Shown here in pieces: positions 1-54,139 of a stretch of DNA of 64,000 nt. Position numbers and translations under genes: made by a program. This stretch comes from Macrostomum hystrix. Taxonomy: Eukaryota > Animalia > Platyhelminthes. The number at the start of each line of letters is the position of its first letter. The stretch's first letter is position 1. The stretch lies in assembly GCA_950097015.1 (NCBI GenBank), contig CATNEN010000007.1, positions 1,178,001 through 1,242,000 on the forward strand. The letters are read 5' to 3'. The notes beneath the pieces are model-generated. The model was not told the origin of the DNA and did no database searches. It saw only the letters and a program-made list of their open reading frames with translations.

Positions 1-153
1 GCTGCGGCTGTCAGTCAAACTCCAAAGTTGAGCAACTGCAAGCGAGTCGGAGAGACAGTCGGTGACAGCGTCGAGGCTGCGAAAGCGCCGAGTGCAGCCC
101 CTGCTCGTGACAACCAGCCGCTGTTGAAGCAGCAGCTGCAGAAGGAGCAGTAG
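1..153 (+). CDS. Probable 3' end (C-terminal 50 aa) of an unidentified plus-strand gene running in from outside the window
   Basis: Frame 1 is open from base 1 to TAG at 151-153 (AAAVSQTPKLSNCKRVGETVGDSVEAAKAPSAAPARDNQPLLKQQLQKEQ*). It is GC-rich like the other exons and is followed by AT-rich sequence with AATAAA at 1001 and 1029. No domain recognised. Confidence 0.4.
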   Translation, partial: AAAVSQTPKLSNCKRVGETVGDSVEAAKAPSAAPARDNQPLLKQQLQKEQ

Positions 154-1028
154 CACTGCAAGCGACATCTAGCTGAAATTGAGGTGCTGAAATTGAAATT
201 TATTTGCTTCATCATCATCTTTTATCCATCGCATCGAGCAGAATCTGCTCCAAAGTGGCAAGAAAATCTGCCCCAGCTCGTGCTGGGAGACATTGTTTCG
301 CCTGTCAACAAAATCTCTTACAGGCAACACGAGAACAATGCTCTTTTGTTTGTTTGAGTGAAAAGAATTAGTAAATAATGATTGACATTCCAGCACTCAA
401 TGCATTCCCAGACAAGTTTTTGTGGCCCTCAAAACACCTGTACCCGATTCCCACGGCACTATATTCGTACCCGGGCATTAAGGGCGTAAATGTGATTCAT
501 CAGGCATCATTTTACAGAAAGTCACGAACTTGAAGCTTCAGAAGAGGAGCCAGTTCAGCTCTTGGACCGAAGACAATTGGCAGGGCGCTCGAGCTTCAGA
601 ATGGTAGGTGGCGTTCCTCCAAGATCAGCAGGAGGCCGAAGACTGCCATCCATGCTACTCGATGTCGTTGATCATTGTGCTTTGCGACATGATTTATTCC
701 CTAAGTTTAGCTGTTAACGGAGTTCTCATGTTGAAGGAAATTCTCAGAAATTAATAAACGAAATTTTATCATTTTCTTAACAAAAATGATTTCAGTGTTT
801 TTTAACTAAAAAAGAATTCATGATGCAAAAATTGTTTGTCATTCATTTCGGCTGCCTCCAAAAGTGTACAAAACTGATTAAACTTACTTATAATGTATTT
901 ATATTGTATAGACAATATCGTAGCAAATCAGCTTCTTCCACGCGAGCGAACAACGGGAATAAAAGAGAAGGAAAAATCTTCGTAAAGAAGAGACGCAAGT
1001 AATAAAAAAATTATTTTGGACTTTCATT

Positions 1029-1043
1029 AATAAAACTTTTATT
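1029..1043. terminator. Back-to-back polyadenylation signals (AATAAAA-C-TTTTATT)
   Basis: AATAAA on + at 1029-1034 and on - at 1043-1038, ~840 nt downstream of the echinoid-like stop codon. An A-run at ~1003-1010 would give a U-rich downstream element for the minus transcript. Confidence 0.5.
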
Positions 1044-1256
1044 CACAAATGACAGATCATAGCATTAATTGAACTTTAATTCGAATATAGGACTGTACAG
1101 TTTTTTTTATTCTTATGTCAAATTGTGGATTGGGTTCGGTGCTGAAAAGGCACTGCGTTGGGTTCTTCGTGGGATTATTGTTAATTCTATTATGTAGTGG
1201 TGCCGATGGATGGCTGAAGCTATATGAGGTGGTTAACCGAGTTTGATTTCGGTAGA

Positions 1257-1502
1257 GGAGTGAGGTCGTTGGCGGAGTGAGGTGGTTGGCGGAGTGAGGT
1301 GGTTGGCGGAGTGAGGTGGTTGGCGGAGTGAGGTGGTTGGCGGAGTGAGGTGGTTGGCGGAGTGAGGTGGTTGGCGGAGTGAGGTGGTTGGCGGAGTGAG
1401 GCGGTTGGCGGAGTGAGGTGGTTGGCGGAGTGAGGTGGTTGACAGAGTGAGGTGGCTGGTGGAGTGAGGTGGCTGGTGGAGTGAGGTGTTTGTCGGAGTG
1501 AG
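1257..1502. repeat. 17-bp minisatellite GGCGGAGTGAGGTGGTT (~14 units), in the probable echinoid-like 3' UTR
   Basis: Direct reading of tandem units. Confidence 0.95.
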
Positions 1503-1885
1503 ATTGAGTGAGTTGGATTATTCACATAGTTTCGGTGATGGAGTTTGATTAGTCTCCGCTGTTCAGGTTGAGAAGTTTGTTCGTCGGATGAAAGTAAAAA
1601 AAATGAAGTAAATTTGATTTGAAATTTCTTTTTCTGTTGTATCTTTAAAGTTTGATCATTTTAAAAAGCAGATAATTCAATAGAGGTGCTCCGATTTGTT
1701 CGAAAACACGAGCTCATTTAATTAAACACAAGTAAGACTTGAAATGTTGCAGGGAAAGACTTATTGCAGCATAAAACAAACATCCAAGAGTGTTGATCAA
1801 ACTGAAGCGGATGTCTCTTCTCCATCTGGATCATTGTAAATTGTGAGCTGCATTTATCAAACAGAGACAGCCGCAGTATGATCTC

Positions 1886-43860
<41,975 letters not shown>

Positions 43861-44019
43861 TGTGCTGAACTTCTTGTTCCAGTTGGAATGGCTGATTCTC
43901 AGACTGAGCTGCAATTTGGTTCGTCAGAGGGAGGAAGATATTGATAGTGCAGCATAGCAACACATAGCTAAGTGTGGAAGTACGAACAGTGGATTAGGAC
44001 AGATAGCAGATTGGGTAAA

Positions 44020-44630
44020 GAAATGGGAGATCGGGGGAAGAGAGGGGAGACTGGGGGAAAAGAGGGGAGACTGGGGGAAGAGAGGGGAGACTGTGGGAAG
44101 AGAGGGGAGACTGGGGGAAGAGAGGGGAGACTGGGGGAAGAGAGGGAAGACTGTGGGAAGAGAGAGGAGACTGGGGGAAGAGAGGGGAGACTGGGGGAAG
44201 AGAGGGGAGACTGGGGGAAGAGAGGGGAGACTGGGGGAAGAGAGGGAAGACTGTGGGAAGAGAGAGGAGACTGGGGGAAGAGAGGGGAGACTGGGGGAAG
44301 AGAGAGGAGACTGGGGGAAGAGAGGGGAGACTGTGGGAAGAGAGGGGAGACTGGGAGAAGAGAGGGGAGACTGGGGGAAGAGAGGGGAGACTGGGGGAAG
44401 AGAGGGGAGACTGGGGGAAGAGGGGGAAGAGAGGGGAGACGGGGAGAAGAGAGGGGAGACTGGGAGAAGAGAGGGGAGACTGTGGGAAGAGAGGGGAGAC
44501 TGGAGGAAGAGAGGGGGGACTGGGGGAAGAGAGAGGAGACTGGGGGAAGAGAGAGGAGACTGGGGGAAGAGAGGGAAGACTGGGGGAAGAGAGGGGAGAC
44601 TGGGGGCAGAGATGGGAGATTCGAAGAAGA
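44020..44630. repeat. 20-bp purine-rich minisatellite CTGGGGGAAGAGAGGGGAGA
   Basis: About 30 units. Confidence 0.95.
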
Positions 44631-45062
44631 GAGGGGATGTTGGTAGATAAGGCAAATAACGGGAGCAAGCTGTACCAGCCGTAGGGCAGTCGGCGGGAAT
44701 ATTGAGTATCGTAGCCAGCTCAGTGGGGTCAGTTCGCGCCGTTTCTCCCATTTAGAACGCCCTGTCTTAGCTGAGCAGGGGTGTGAGAATGCGATTACTC
44801 ACAGCAGTGGCCGCTGAGCACAGCTGACGCACATATATTTTATGGCACCCAGGGCGGTGGGTATCATTAAATGAGATCGCAGATTTCGGGGCAGTAAAAC
44901 ATAGTTAGATTTCGGGGGTGGGATAAGATATTCAGGACCCGATGGGATAATTAAGAAAGTGGGATATCTATGGGAGAGTCGGTGCGGTTGTTTGGCAAGC
45001 AAGCTGGCAAAGTTAGTACCTCACGGAGAGCAGATCGTATTTGAGCTGCAGCGGAATCTCAC

Positions 45063-45074
45063 CTGACCAGCCAT
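45063..45074 (-). other. Candidate upstream exon end with in-frame ATG (ATG GCT GGT CAG|gtgaga)
   Basis: Strong donor. Splicing to the 43908 acceptor stays in frame (16 stop-free codons before the 43860 ATG). No transcript evidence. Confidence 0.3.
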
Positions 45075-45699
45075 GAGGGCCGCCGTGTGTTCGGAAAGCC
45101 AGCGCGGGTCAAAAGAAATCTTTGAGCGAAGTAAAGTGGGAAGGGAGCATTGTGGATGGGATGTCGAGGGTAGCTCCGGTAGGGAAGATGATGATGAAGC
45201 GAGGCGGGAAGGGTTTGAGTCATTCAGCGGGTCTGGGAGACTCAAATTTGAGCACAGAATGCTACAAAGGCACCGACAACAGTTTGGCTTGCGTGCCTGG
45301 CTACCGAATTCTTTTGTGGGAGATTTTGGGATTGGGAAATTGGAGACCGAACGATGGTGAGGGGTTGAGAAGCTTTAGAAAGTAAAAGCATTGTCAACAC
45401 TTGGAAGATCCACCCAATCTAGTGTTAACAGTTTTCGCAAATGTTTTTGAAAATTATCGATGAAGCCATTGGATAGAATTTCTTTGCTTTGGTATGCATA
45501 AATAGTTTTATTTCTATATTTTATATAATATACGCTAATACGCGCCATGTATCGTATAGGCCTATCTCTGTTATTGTGACCAATTAAATTAGACAACCAA
45601 TGTCTATTCAAAACACACATCTCTTATTTAATCATACAGACTAAAACCAAACTTTCAAAAAACTCAAGTCTTTGTCTTGATCTCATGCCACCGATTAAC

Positions 45700-46535
45700 C
45701 CCTGCCTTCTCCACTCTCTGCCTCCCTTCTCCCCTCTCTGCCTTCCTTCTCCCCTCACTGCCTTCCTTCTCCCCTCTCTGCCTTCCTTCTCCCCTCTCTG
45801 CCTTCCTTCTCCCCTCTCTGCCTCCCTTTTCCCCTCTCTGCCTTCCTTCTCCCCTCTCTGCCTTCCTTCTCCCCTCTCTGCCTTCCTTCTCCCCTCTCTG
45901 CCTCCCTTCTCCCCTCTCTGCCTCCCTTTTCCCCTCTCTGCCTCCCTTCTCCCCTCACTGCCTTCCTTCTCCCCTCTCTGCCTTCCTTCTCCCCTCTCTG
46001 CCTCCCTTCTCCCCTCTCTGCCTTCCTTCTCCCCTCACTGCCTTCCTTCTCCCCTCTCTGCCTCCCTTCTCCCCTCACTGCCTTCCTTCTCCCCTCTCTG
46101 CCTTCCTTCTCCCCTCACTGCCTTCCTTCTCCCCTCTCTGCCTTCTTTCTCCCCTCTCTGCCTTCCTTCTCCCCTCTCTGCCTCCCATCTGCCCTCACTG
46201 CCTTCCTTCTCCTCTCTCTGCCTTCCTTCTCCCCTCTCTGCCTTCCTTCTCCCCTCTCTGCCTTCCTTCTCCCCTCTTTGCCTTCCTTCTCCACTCTCTG
46301 CCTCCCTTTTCCCCTCACTGCCTCCCTTCTCCCCTCACTGCCTTCCTTCTCCCCTCTCTGCCTTCCTTCTCCCCTCTCTGCCTTCCTTCTCCCCTCTCTG
46401 CCTCCCTTTTCCCCTCACTGCCTCCCTTTTCCCCTCTCTGCCTCCCTTCTCCCCTCTCTGCCTTCCTTCTCCCCTCTCTGCCTCCCTTCTCCCCTCTCTG
46501 CCTCCCTTCTCCCCTCTCTGACTCCCTTTTCCCCC
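45700..46535. repeat. 20-bp pyrimidine-rich minisatellite CCTTCCTTCTCCCCTCTCTG
   Basis: About 41 units. Confidence 0.97.
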
Positions 46536-47009
46536 CTCTGTTCGTTGATTTGATGTTCTATCTTCTTCTATTTGGCTACGGGGAGTTTTCGAAAGCGATA
46601 TTTACCGGCGACCATCTGCGCTAATCCTTCTCCCACTTCCCCATTGCCAATCCATGCGGGTGCAGTTAATGGCACTTCAGACAGGCCGGAGATGACTGGA
46701 TGGGTGAAAGTTTCGCATTTCAAAGAAGAAAACAATTCTTACCGACACAATTATTCAAGAGGGTGTGAAAAAATATTGATATTAACTCACGCCGATTGGT
46801 GTTATGCAGAGAACGGAACAAGGGAACAGTTGAGCAGAAGATCCTTAAGATCCCCATTTGAAACTCGATCCGCCGCCAGTTACTCCCTCCATCATCGTAT
46901 CCCCTTCCCTGATCATCCTTGATCATCATGACCAGTCTTGCTCGATGCAGTACTCAAATACACGGCTCCCTAACAATTATGGGGCTTGTCGATCCTTTAT
47001 GGAGATGGG

Positions 47010-47416
47010 CATAGAGGGGAGGGAGATAGAAGGTAGGGAGATAGAAGGTAGGGAGATAGAAGGGAGGGAGATAGAAGGGAGGGAGATAGAAGGGAGGGAG
47101 ATAGAAGGGAGGGAGATAGAAGGGAGGGAGATAGAAGGTAGGGAGATAGAAGGGAGGGAGATAGAAGGGAGGGAGATAGAAGGTAGGGAGATAGAAGGGA
47201 GGGAGATAGAAGGTAGTGAGATTGAAGGTAGGGAGATAGAAGGTAGGGAGATAGAAGGTAGGGAGATAGAAGGTAGGGAGATAGAAGGTAGGGAGATAGA
47301 GATAGAAGGTAGGGAGATAGAAGGTAGGGAGATAGAAGGGAGGGAGATAGAAGGGAGGGAGATAGAAGGGAGGGAGATAGAAGGGAGGGAGATAGAAGGG
47401 AGGGAGATAGAAGGTT
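47010..47416. repeat. 15-bp minisatellite GGGAGATAGAAGG(T/G)A
   Basis: About 27 units. Confidence 0.95.
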
Positions 47417-48416
47417 GAGGTAAATGGAGGCGAGAAGTAGATATGGAAAGGGAAGAAGGAGATAGAGGGGAGAGTTTAAAGTGGGAAAGGATGACAGCTG
47501 CATGCAGAGGCAGGGCAGTAACAGAGGCACGGGTGTGTTTGAGTCGTTCTACGAGTCGCCTCACACCCAGTTCCCACTCCTCTATTTTGCTAAAACTTCA
47601 AATGAGTTCATTTGAAGAAAGGGTTTGGCGTGGGAGAGGAAGAGAGATGACAACACAGCGCATCAAATTTGTGAGATGAGGGTGTCCCCAGATGCGAGCG
47701 GGGAGTGGAAACACGCGCAGTGTCAGTGAGAAATCGAATTCCCTACACTCCCAGCTCTGAGAGGAGGTGGTTGGGGGGCTGAGGCTGCGGGTCGCCGCTT
47801 TTTTCACTTGAACTTCGACATCTAATTGGGATGCTGCCGGCGCTGACTGAGGCAGAAAATTCACTTAACAACGAAAAGGCTGCGCCAGCTCTGTGGCGCG
47901 TCCCTATGCTCAAACTGTGCTCAACTATGCTCAAACTGTGCTCATCTCCAAGTTTCTAATTGCATCAATTCAATAGCCTGGAATCTACAGCAGACGCGGC
48001 AGCCTGTTGATTAAGTTAGTGAAATGCAACAACCATTTTTTAAGACTGATGTCGAGACTAGAAAATTTTCTTTGGCTTCATTATCAGTTGAGATTTTCAA
48101 GAGGGGATTTTTTGGGGATTTCGCTATAAGAGTAGCAAGTATTGATTAGACTGGCATTGATACACCCTCAGCCGTTAATCAGGCTCATTCCGACCCGATA
48201 GGAGAACAAAAAATGAGCTGCAAGCGATGACATGGAATCGTTTGGCATTGATCAGTCCTTCATCCACCACCTCGGGTCAAAGGGTGGGATTTAAAGATAA
48301 CGACTATAGCCTTGAGGGCTGGCTTTCAGCTCTTATTATAGTACATTGATTGTATCCTAACTGCATTGGAACACTTCTTAATTGGGTACTTTCTACCTAG
48401 CCTTCATATGTCACTG

Positions 48417-48741
48417 TCTGTCTGCCATCCTCACCCTACATCTCCCTCACCCTGCATCTCCCTCACCCTGCATCTCCCTCACCCTGCATCTCCCTCACCC
48501 TGCATCTCCCTCACCCTGCATCTCCCTCACCCTGCATCTCCCTCACCCTGCATCTCCCTCACCCTGCATCTCCCTCACCCTGCATCTCCCTCACCCTGCA
48601 TCTCCATCACCCTGCATCTCCATCACCCTGCATCTCCCTCACCCTGCATCTCCCTCACCCTGCATCTCCCTCACCCTGCATCTCCCTCACCCTGCATCTC
48701 CCTCACCCTGCATCTCCATCACCCTGCATCTCCATCACCCA
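48417..48741. repeat. 16-bp minisatellite CATCTCCCTCACCCTG
   Basis: About 20 units. Confidence 0.95.
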
Positions 48742-49064
48742 GAATTTTGTGAGAAATTTTTTACGCATGGACAACCAGCTCGAAGAACTAGCTATAAAAA
48801 TAATAATAATGTAGAATTAACAAAACCCCACCGCTGTATCAAACTGAACTTTTATTATCCCAATTTTGTAGCGCGCGTTGAAACTCGCTCCCAAAACTGG
48901 GCCAAACAGAAGAGAAAGAAAAATGATGCGAAGCCGATTTTTGTTTGTGGGAAATCTTATTTGCACTTGATCCCGTTAAAAAAATTGTTGGCTAGACTTT
49001 TTGTTCCCATGCAAAAGTTTTACGGGAATCAATATTCACTTTTCACCGACCATCCAAAACTAAC

Positions 49065-49370
49065 CCCCTTCACTCCTTCTCCCACTCTCCTTTTCTCCAT
49101 CTCCCACTCCCCTTCTCTCCATCTCCCACTCCCCTTCTCTCCATCTCCCACTCTCCTTCTCTCCTTTCCCACTCCCCTTCTCTCCATCTCCCAATCCCCT
49201 TCTCTCCATCTCCCACTCCCCTTTCTCTCCTTTCCCACTCTCTTTCTCCCACTCCCCTTCTATCCATCTCCCACTCCCCCTCTCTCCTTTCCCACACCCT
49301 TCTCTTCTTTCCCACTTCCCTTTCTCTCCTTTCCCACTCTCTTTCTCCCCTTCCTCCCCTTTACTCCTCT
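49065..49370. repeat. ~22-bp pyrimidine-rich minisatellite CCATCTCCCACTCCCCTTCTCT
   Basis: Direct reading. Confidence 0.88.
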
Positions 49371-49994
49371 CCTTTCATTCTCTCACAGTCTTCCTCTTCA
49401 GAAAAGCAAGTAGATTTTGTACCAGTTCCTCCGCTGACTCACCTGAAGTGGCAGTGTCGAACTGGAGGTAGACAATGCTATCCAATTGATTAAGCAATGG
49501 GATGTAGAAGTTGTCCTGGAAGTGGACCGTTTGACTTCATAATTCCAATCTGTTGAATTCAGCTGCCTTAGCAGACCACAGATGGTCTATCCAATATCTG
49601 TTGTGATCTTCCGCTTTGCAAATATATTTTCCTATCTGTCACAGTGTGCAAGCCACTGCTTGCTTAGAAACCGACTGAGTTTAGTTTTATAAGAATTTCA
49701 GCAGCTGCCTCATTTCATTTGACCAGAATAGCTCCACAGCCAATAGGAGCGAAGCTTCAGTGGTCTCTGTGAGCTCACGGGCCAATCCCAGATGGCCTGT
49801 AACGAGTTTACCTCTCGCACTAAGGTCCCTGAGCTCGATTCCGCGCGGCGAGATAACCTTCAAGGCACAGTGATAGTCTACACTGCCTGACGATGAGAAA
49901 GTCAGGGCAGATGTACACACCTGTGTGCGTGTGTGCTCAGGAGTCAGCGAAATGGGCAGCCACGCATTCTCGCTGGCTGCGGATCTAGCCAATT

Positions 49995-50350
49995 CTGCAA
50001 ATTCTACCAAAACTAAATTTCCCATACTCAAATTCTGCCAAAACTAAAATTTCCCATACTCAAATTCTGCCAAAACTAAATTTCCCATACTCAAATTCTA
50101 CCAAAACTAAATTTCCCATACTCAAATTCTACCTAAACTAAATTTCCCATACTCAAATTCTACCAAAACTAAATTTCCCATACTCAAATTCTACCAAAAC
50201 TAAATTTCCCATACTCAAATTCTACCAAAACTAAATTTCCCATACTCAAATTCTACCATAACTAAATTTCCAATACTCAAATTCTACCAAAACTAAATTT
50301 CCCATACTCAAATTCTACCAAAACTAAATTTCCCATACTCAAATTCTACT
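49995..50350. repeat. 31-bp minisatellite AAATTCTACCAAAACTAAATTTCCCATACTC
   Basis: About 11 units. Confidence 0.95.
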
Positions 50351-50844
50351 CTAAATTTGTTAGAGTTAGAAACTTTAAGTTCTTCAAATTTCGTGGCGCA
50401 TTTTCAAACAAAAATTTTACTCTGTTCTAGCACCCAACGGGATCTCAAATACAACTGTCTCTGCTCCAACGCCCCGCTTATCAAACGGTGTTTTCCCGAT
50501 GCAAATAAAAAAACAACAGCCAGTGAACAGAGATTAAAGGTAATAAAGAACGGTTAAAAAATTCACACCTCACTAACCAAGCAGACCTGGCTGTAATCCT
50601 GAATTGGGGTCTCCATTAAAAGAGAAATAAAAAACTAGAGGTTGTAAAAATTAACACAATTAAAAACAGCAGCGGTCAATTGGTTAATTTTGATATCGAT
50701 GCATATTTTCTGGTTTTTAGGCACCCATGCACACAATAAATCCCACAATGTCCCACTAATAATGCTCACCAGACCATGGGCTCAGAAATTTGAGAACCGG
50801 GATAATTTTTTCTTAAATATATTTACTCCACTAAGAACCAACTG

Positions 50845-52095
50845 AGAATCGTCCCAGCGAGAATTTTCCCAGTGAGAATTTTCCCAGCGAGAATTTTCCC
50901 AGTGAGAATAGTGCATGTGCAAATCGTCCCAGTGAGAACCGTCCTTGTTAGAATCGTCTCAGTGAGAATCGTCCCAGTGAGAACCGTCCTTGTTAGAATC
51001 GTCCCAGTGAGAACCGTCCTTGTTAGAATCGTCTCAGTGAGAATCGTCCCAGTGAGAACCGTCCTTGTTAGAATCGTCTCAGTGAGAATTGTCCCATTGA
51101 GAATTTTCCCAGTGAGAATCGTCCCAGTGAGAATAGTCCCAGTGAGAATCGTTCCAGTTAGAATCGTCTCAGTGAGAATCGTCTCAGTGAGAATCGTCTC
51201 AGTGGGGATCGACCCAGCGAGAATCGCCCTCGTGAAAATCACGTCCCAGTGAGAATCGTTCCAGTAAGAATCGTCTCAGTGAGAATTGTCCAGTTGGAAT
51301 CGTCCGAGCGAGAATTGTCCCAGTGAGAATCGGTCCCAGTGAGAATCGACCCAGCGAGAATCGTCCCAGTGAGAATCGTCACAGTGAGAATCGTCCCAAT
51401 TAAAATCGTCTCAGTGAGAACCGTCAGAATCGTCCTCGTTAAAATCATCCCAGTGAGAATCGTCCCAGTCAGAACCGTCCCAGTGAGAATCGTCCCAGTG
51501 AGAATCGTCCCAGTGAGAATCGTCCCAGTTAGAATCGTCTCAGTGAGAACCGTCAGAATCGTCCTCGTTAAAATCATCCCAGTGAGAATCGTTCCAGTCA
51601 GAACCGACCCAGTGAGAATTGTCCGAGTGAGAATCGTCCCAGTGAGAATCGTCTCAGTGAGAATTGTCCCAGTGAGAATCGTCCCAGTGAGAATCGTCCC
51701 CGTGAGTATCGTCTCAGTGAGAATCGTCCCAGTGAGAATCGTCCCAGTGAGAATCGTTCCAGTGAGAATCGTCTCAGTGAGAATCGTCCGAGTGAGAATC
51801 GTCCCAGTTGGAATCGTCCCAGTCAGAATCGTCTCAGTGAGAATCGTCCCAGTGAGAATCGTCCCAGTGAGAATCGTTTGAGTCAGAACTGTCCCAGTTA
51901 GAATCGTTCCAGTTAGAGTCGTCTAAGTGAGAATTGTCTCAGTGAGAATCGTCCCAGTGAGAATCGTCCCAGTGAGAACCGTCCTAGTTAGAATCGTCCC
52001 AGTAAGAATTATCCCAGTGAGAACCGTTCCAGTGAGAATCGTTCCAGTTAGAGTCGTCTAAGTGAGAATCGATTCAGCGAGAATCGACCCAGTGA
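50845..52095. repeat. 15-bp minisatellite CCCAGTGAGAATCGT
   Basis: About 80 units, moderately diverged. Confidence 0.95.
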
Positions 52096-53151
52096 AAAGT
52101 CAATCCAGAGAGAATCTATGGGAGACAGTTTTGGGAAAAATGGGAGAAATACATTTTTCTTGTTCGTCTAGTGTCTAGTGTATCATACTTTACACACTAC
52201 TTAACTTGCTAATGAGTAGCAGAGTTAGCATATAGAAAGTAAAACTGCTGGCATTTTCAATTTAATTAAGAAATGGAAGTCTGAGGAGGCGAGCTAATTA
52301 AAATGATAGACTCAAAACTGAATAATGAAACTGAAGTTCACAGATTGACCCAGACAGTATAAAATTTTACAGCCACATTTTTCTTTTCCCGGCGCCTTTG
52401 TGGGATTTAAAATTGTTTGGCAAGACATTATTTTTAGGGATTTGTGCTGTCTGCTCAATTTTGAGAGCTCTGCCACTAGGGCGTTTCAGGTTCGATTCAC
52501 ATTTTTCCTAGAAACCAAAATGACTACCCGAGGAAAAGCTTGCGTTGCCTAATTGAACAGCTAGGAGAAATGGTGGAAATGCGGAATTCCCGAAAGACTA
52601 AAAATGCCATTTGTACTTTCTTTCATTTCCTAACTAAGTAGCTGTTTACGCAAGAAATTTGGATGAAATCTGCATTGTTAAGGCAGAAAATGTGTGGTGA
52701 CATTTCCAGATTTTTTTTCTAGAAAAAAAGAGGGCTGACCTTTAGTTTTTCTTGGTAACGAAATTTAGATTTAATTCAATAATTAACATAAACTATCTAA
52801 AGAAGAACGCACGAGTATTTACCGATATAAATTTTTTTTAATTAAAATTATTTTATAGTCATAATAATGGAACCTGTGTTTTTAATAGATTTTAGCATCT
52901 TTGAGTTTAAAAAATGTTAACGAATTTAATATTGTGTACTTATGTGTCTGTGTAAATATAGATTTAACGAATATAGTTATAACAAATTAATCAATTAAAT
53001 AAATTGCGAAATTCCTAAATTAAACATGTCACGTAAATTTTTTAACCTTATCTAGGATATCATGAGTTTAAGATTAAACGAGTTAATTATTTAACCAATT
53101 TACCGCGATTAAAATAAAAACTTCAAGCTTGAACAGAGTTTGGATTTAGCA

Positions 53152-53291
53152 CAGGGGTTGGCAAACTCCGTCCCGCGGGCCAGTTACGGCCCTCGAAGCT
53201 CCCAAATCCGGCCCGTTGCCCCTCCAACGCCTACAGTATCCTGTCTCATCTTTACCCTGTCTTATCTCTACGCTGTCTCATCTCTCCCCTG
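53152..53291 (+). mobile_element. 5' fragment of the same hAT MITE family
   Basis: CAGGGGTTGGCAAACTCCG...CGGCCCTCGAAGCTC...CGGCCCGTT...GTATCCTGTCTCATCTTT is colinear with 59380-59480. The left flank ATTTAGCA has a central TA. No right TIR found. Confidence 0.65.
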
Positions 53292-53369
53292 ATTTAAGAA
53301 ATTCCGTTTTTAATAAACGTATTTTTATGAGATTTTTAACTGAACGAACTCCTCTGTGAACTTTCGACT

Positions 53370-53518
53370 TACCGCCATTTTTTATTTTGTTATATCGGAG
53401 TGGAAAACCGCCATTTTTACATTTTGTTATATCAGAGTGGAATAACCACCATTTTTTATTTTGTTATATCAGAGTGGAATAACCGCCATTTTTACATTTT
53501 GTTATATCAGAGTGGAAA
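53370..53518. repeat. Four 36-38-bp tandem units ACCGCCATTTTT..TTTTGTTATATCAGAGTGGAA
   Basis: Direct reading; no spacers between units. Confidence 0.9.
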
Positions 53519-54139
53519 TGTTCGTGTAAAAAATGGGTATGACCAACAATTTCGATTCAGCAAGCAACATTTCTGATCTTGTTAAGTAAGTTTTCTTTGA
53601 AAACACAAAAATCATTCCTATTTTCCTGTCCTTCAGACGAAAAGTTCTTTCAGCAACCTCTTTTTTCAAAGTTGAAGCTCCCAATAGAAAGTTCAAAGCT
53701 CTGCCACAGTGCAGAAGTGCGGAAGTGTATTTTTTTCTGCAAAGCAATATAGTCCCTCAATTCATATTCAAGCGGCACCAGCTTTCTTTCCAAACCCATT
53801 CGACCCACCGATTGGTCCGAAGGGTTGCAAAAGAAAGAACGCCCATTTGCTGCAGATATTTTCTACTATGAATATTTCAGAATATGGCCCAAATGGAAGA
53901 AAGCAGCCGAGAACCGACAGTTATTTTTCTACACAATTCATACTAGGAGTTGATTGGTATAAGAAACTTGAGATCGATGTCTGCTTAACTCCTAAACTAG
54001 CAGAGTCCTGATTTATTAGTACATTTTATTTGCGTACATATGACTCAAGAATATAAACCAATATTCTCTAGCTATAACAATTGTTACCTTGTGTCTGATC
54101 TGTTTTTATAGATAATCAATACAAAGTACGTGTGGTTTA

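Noticed and set aside
15-218. Cys-rich minus-strand ORF (CYCSFCSCC)
   Set aside because: It is the antisense of a more plausible plus-strand terminal frame. The Cys cluster comes from CAG/GCA-rich codons on the other strand.
49938-49990. Helitron 3' end (hairpin followed by CTAG)
   Set aside because: CTAG is not followed by T, and the second copy of the motif at 62549 lacks it.
49687-50031. 114-aa minus-strand ORF
   Set aside because: It starts inside the 31-mer array, has no recognisable domain, and lacks splice sites linking it to either gene.
53370-53518. 36-38-bp repeats resembling a CRISPR array
   Set aside because: Units are directly adjacent with no unique spacers, the context is eukaryotic, and there are no cas genes.
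53502-54011. Short ORFs beside the hAT fragment as possible transposase remnants (ERTF motif)
   Set aside because: A single weak motif with no DDE or dimerisation-domain context recognisable by eye. An HMM search would be needed.
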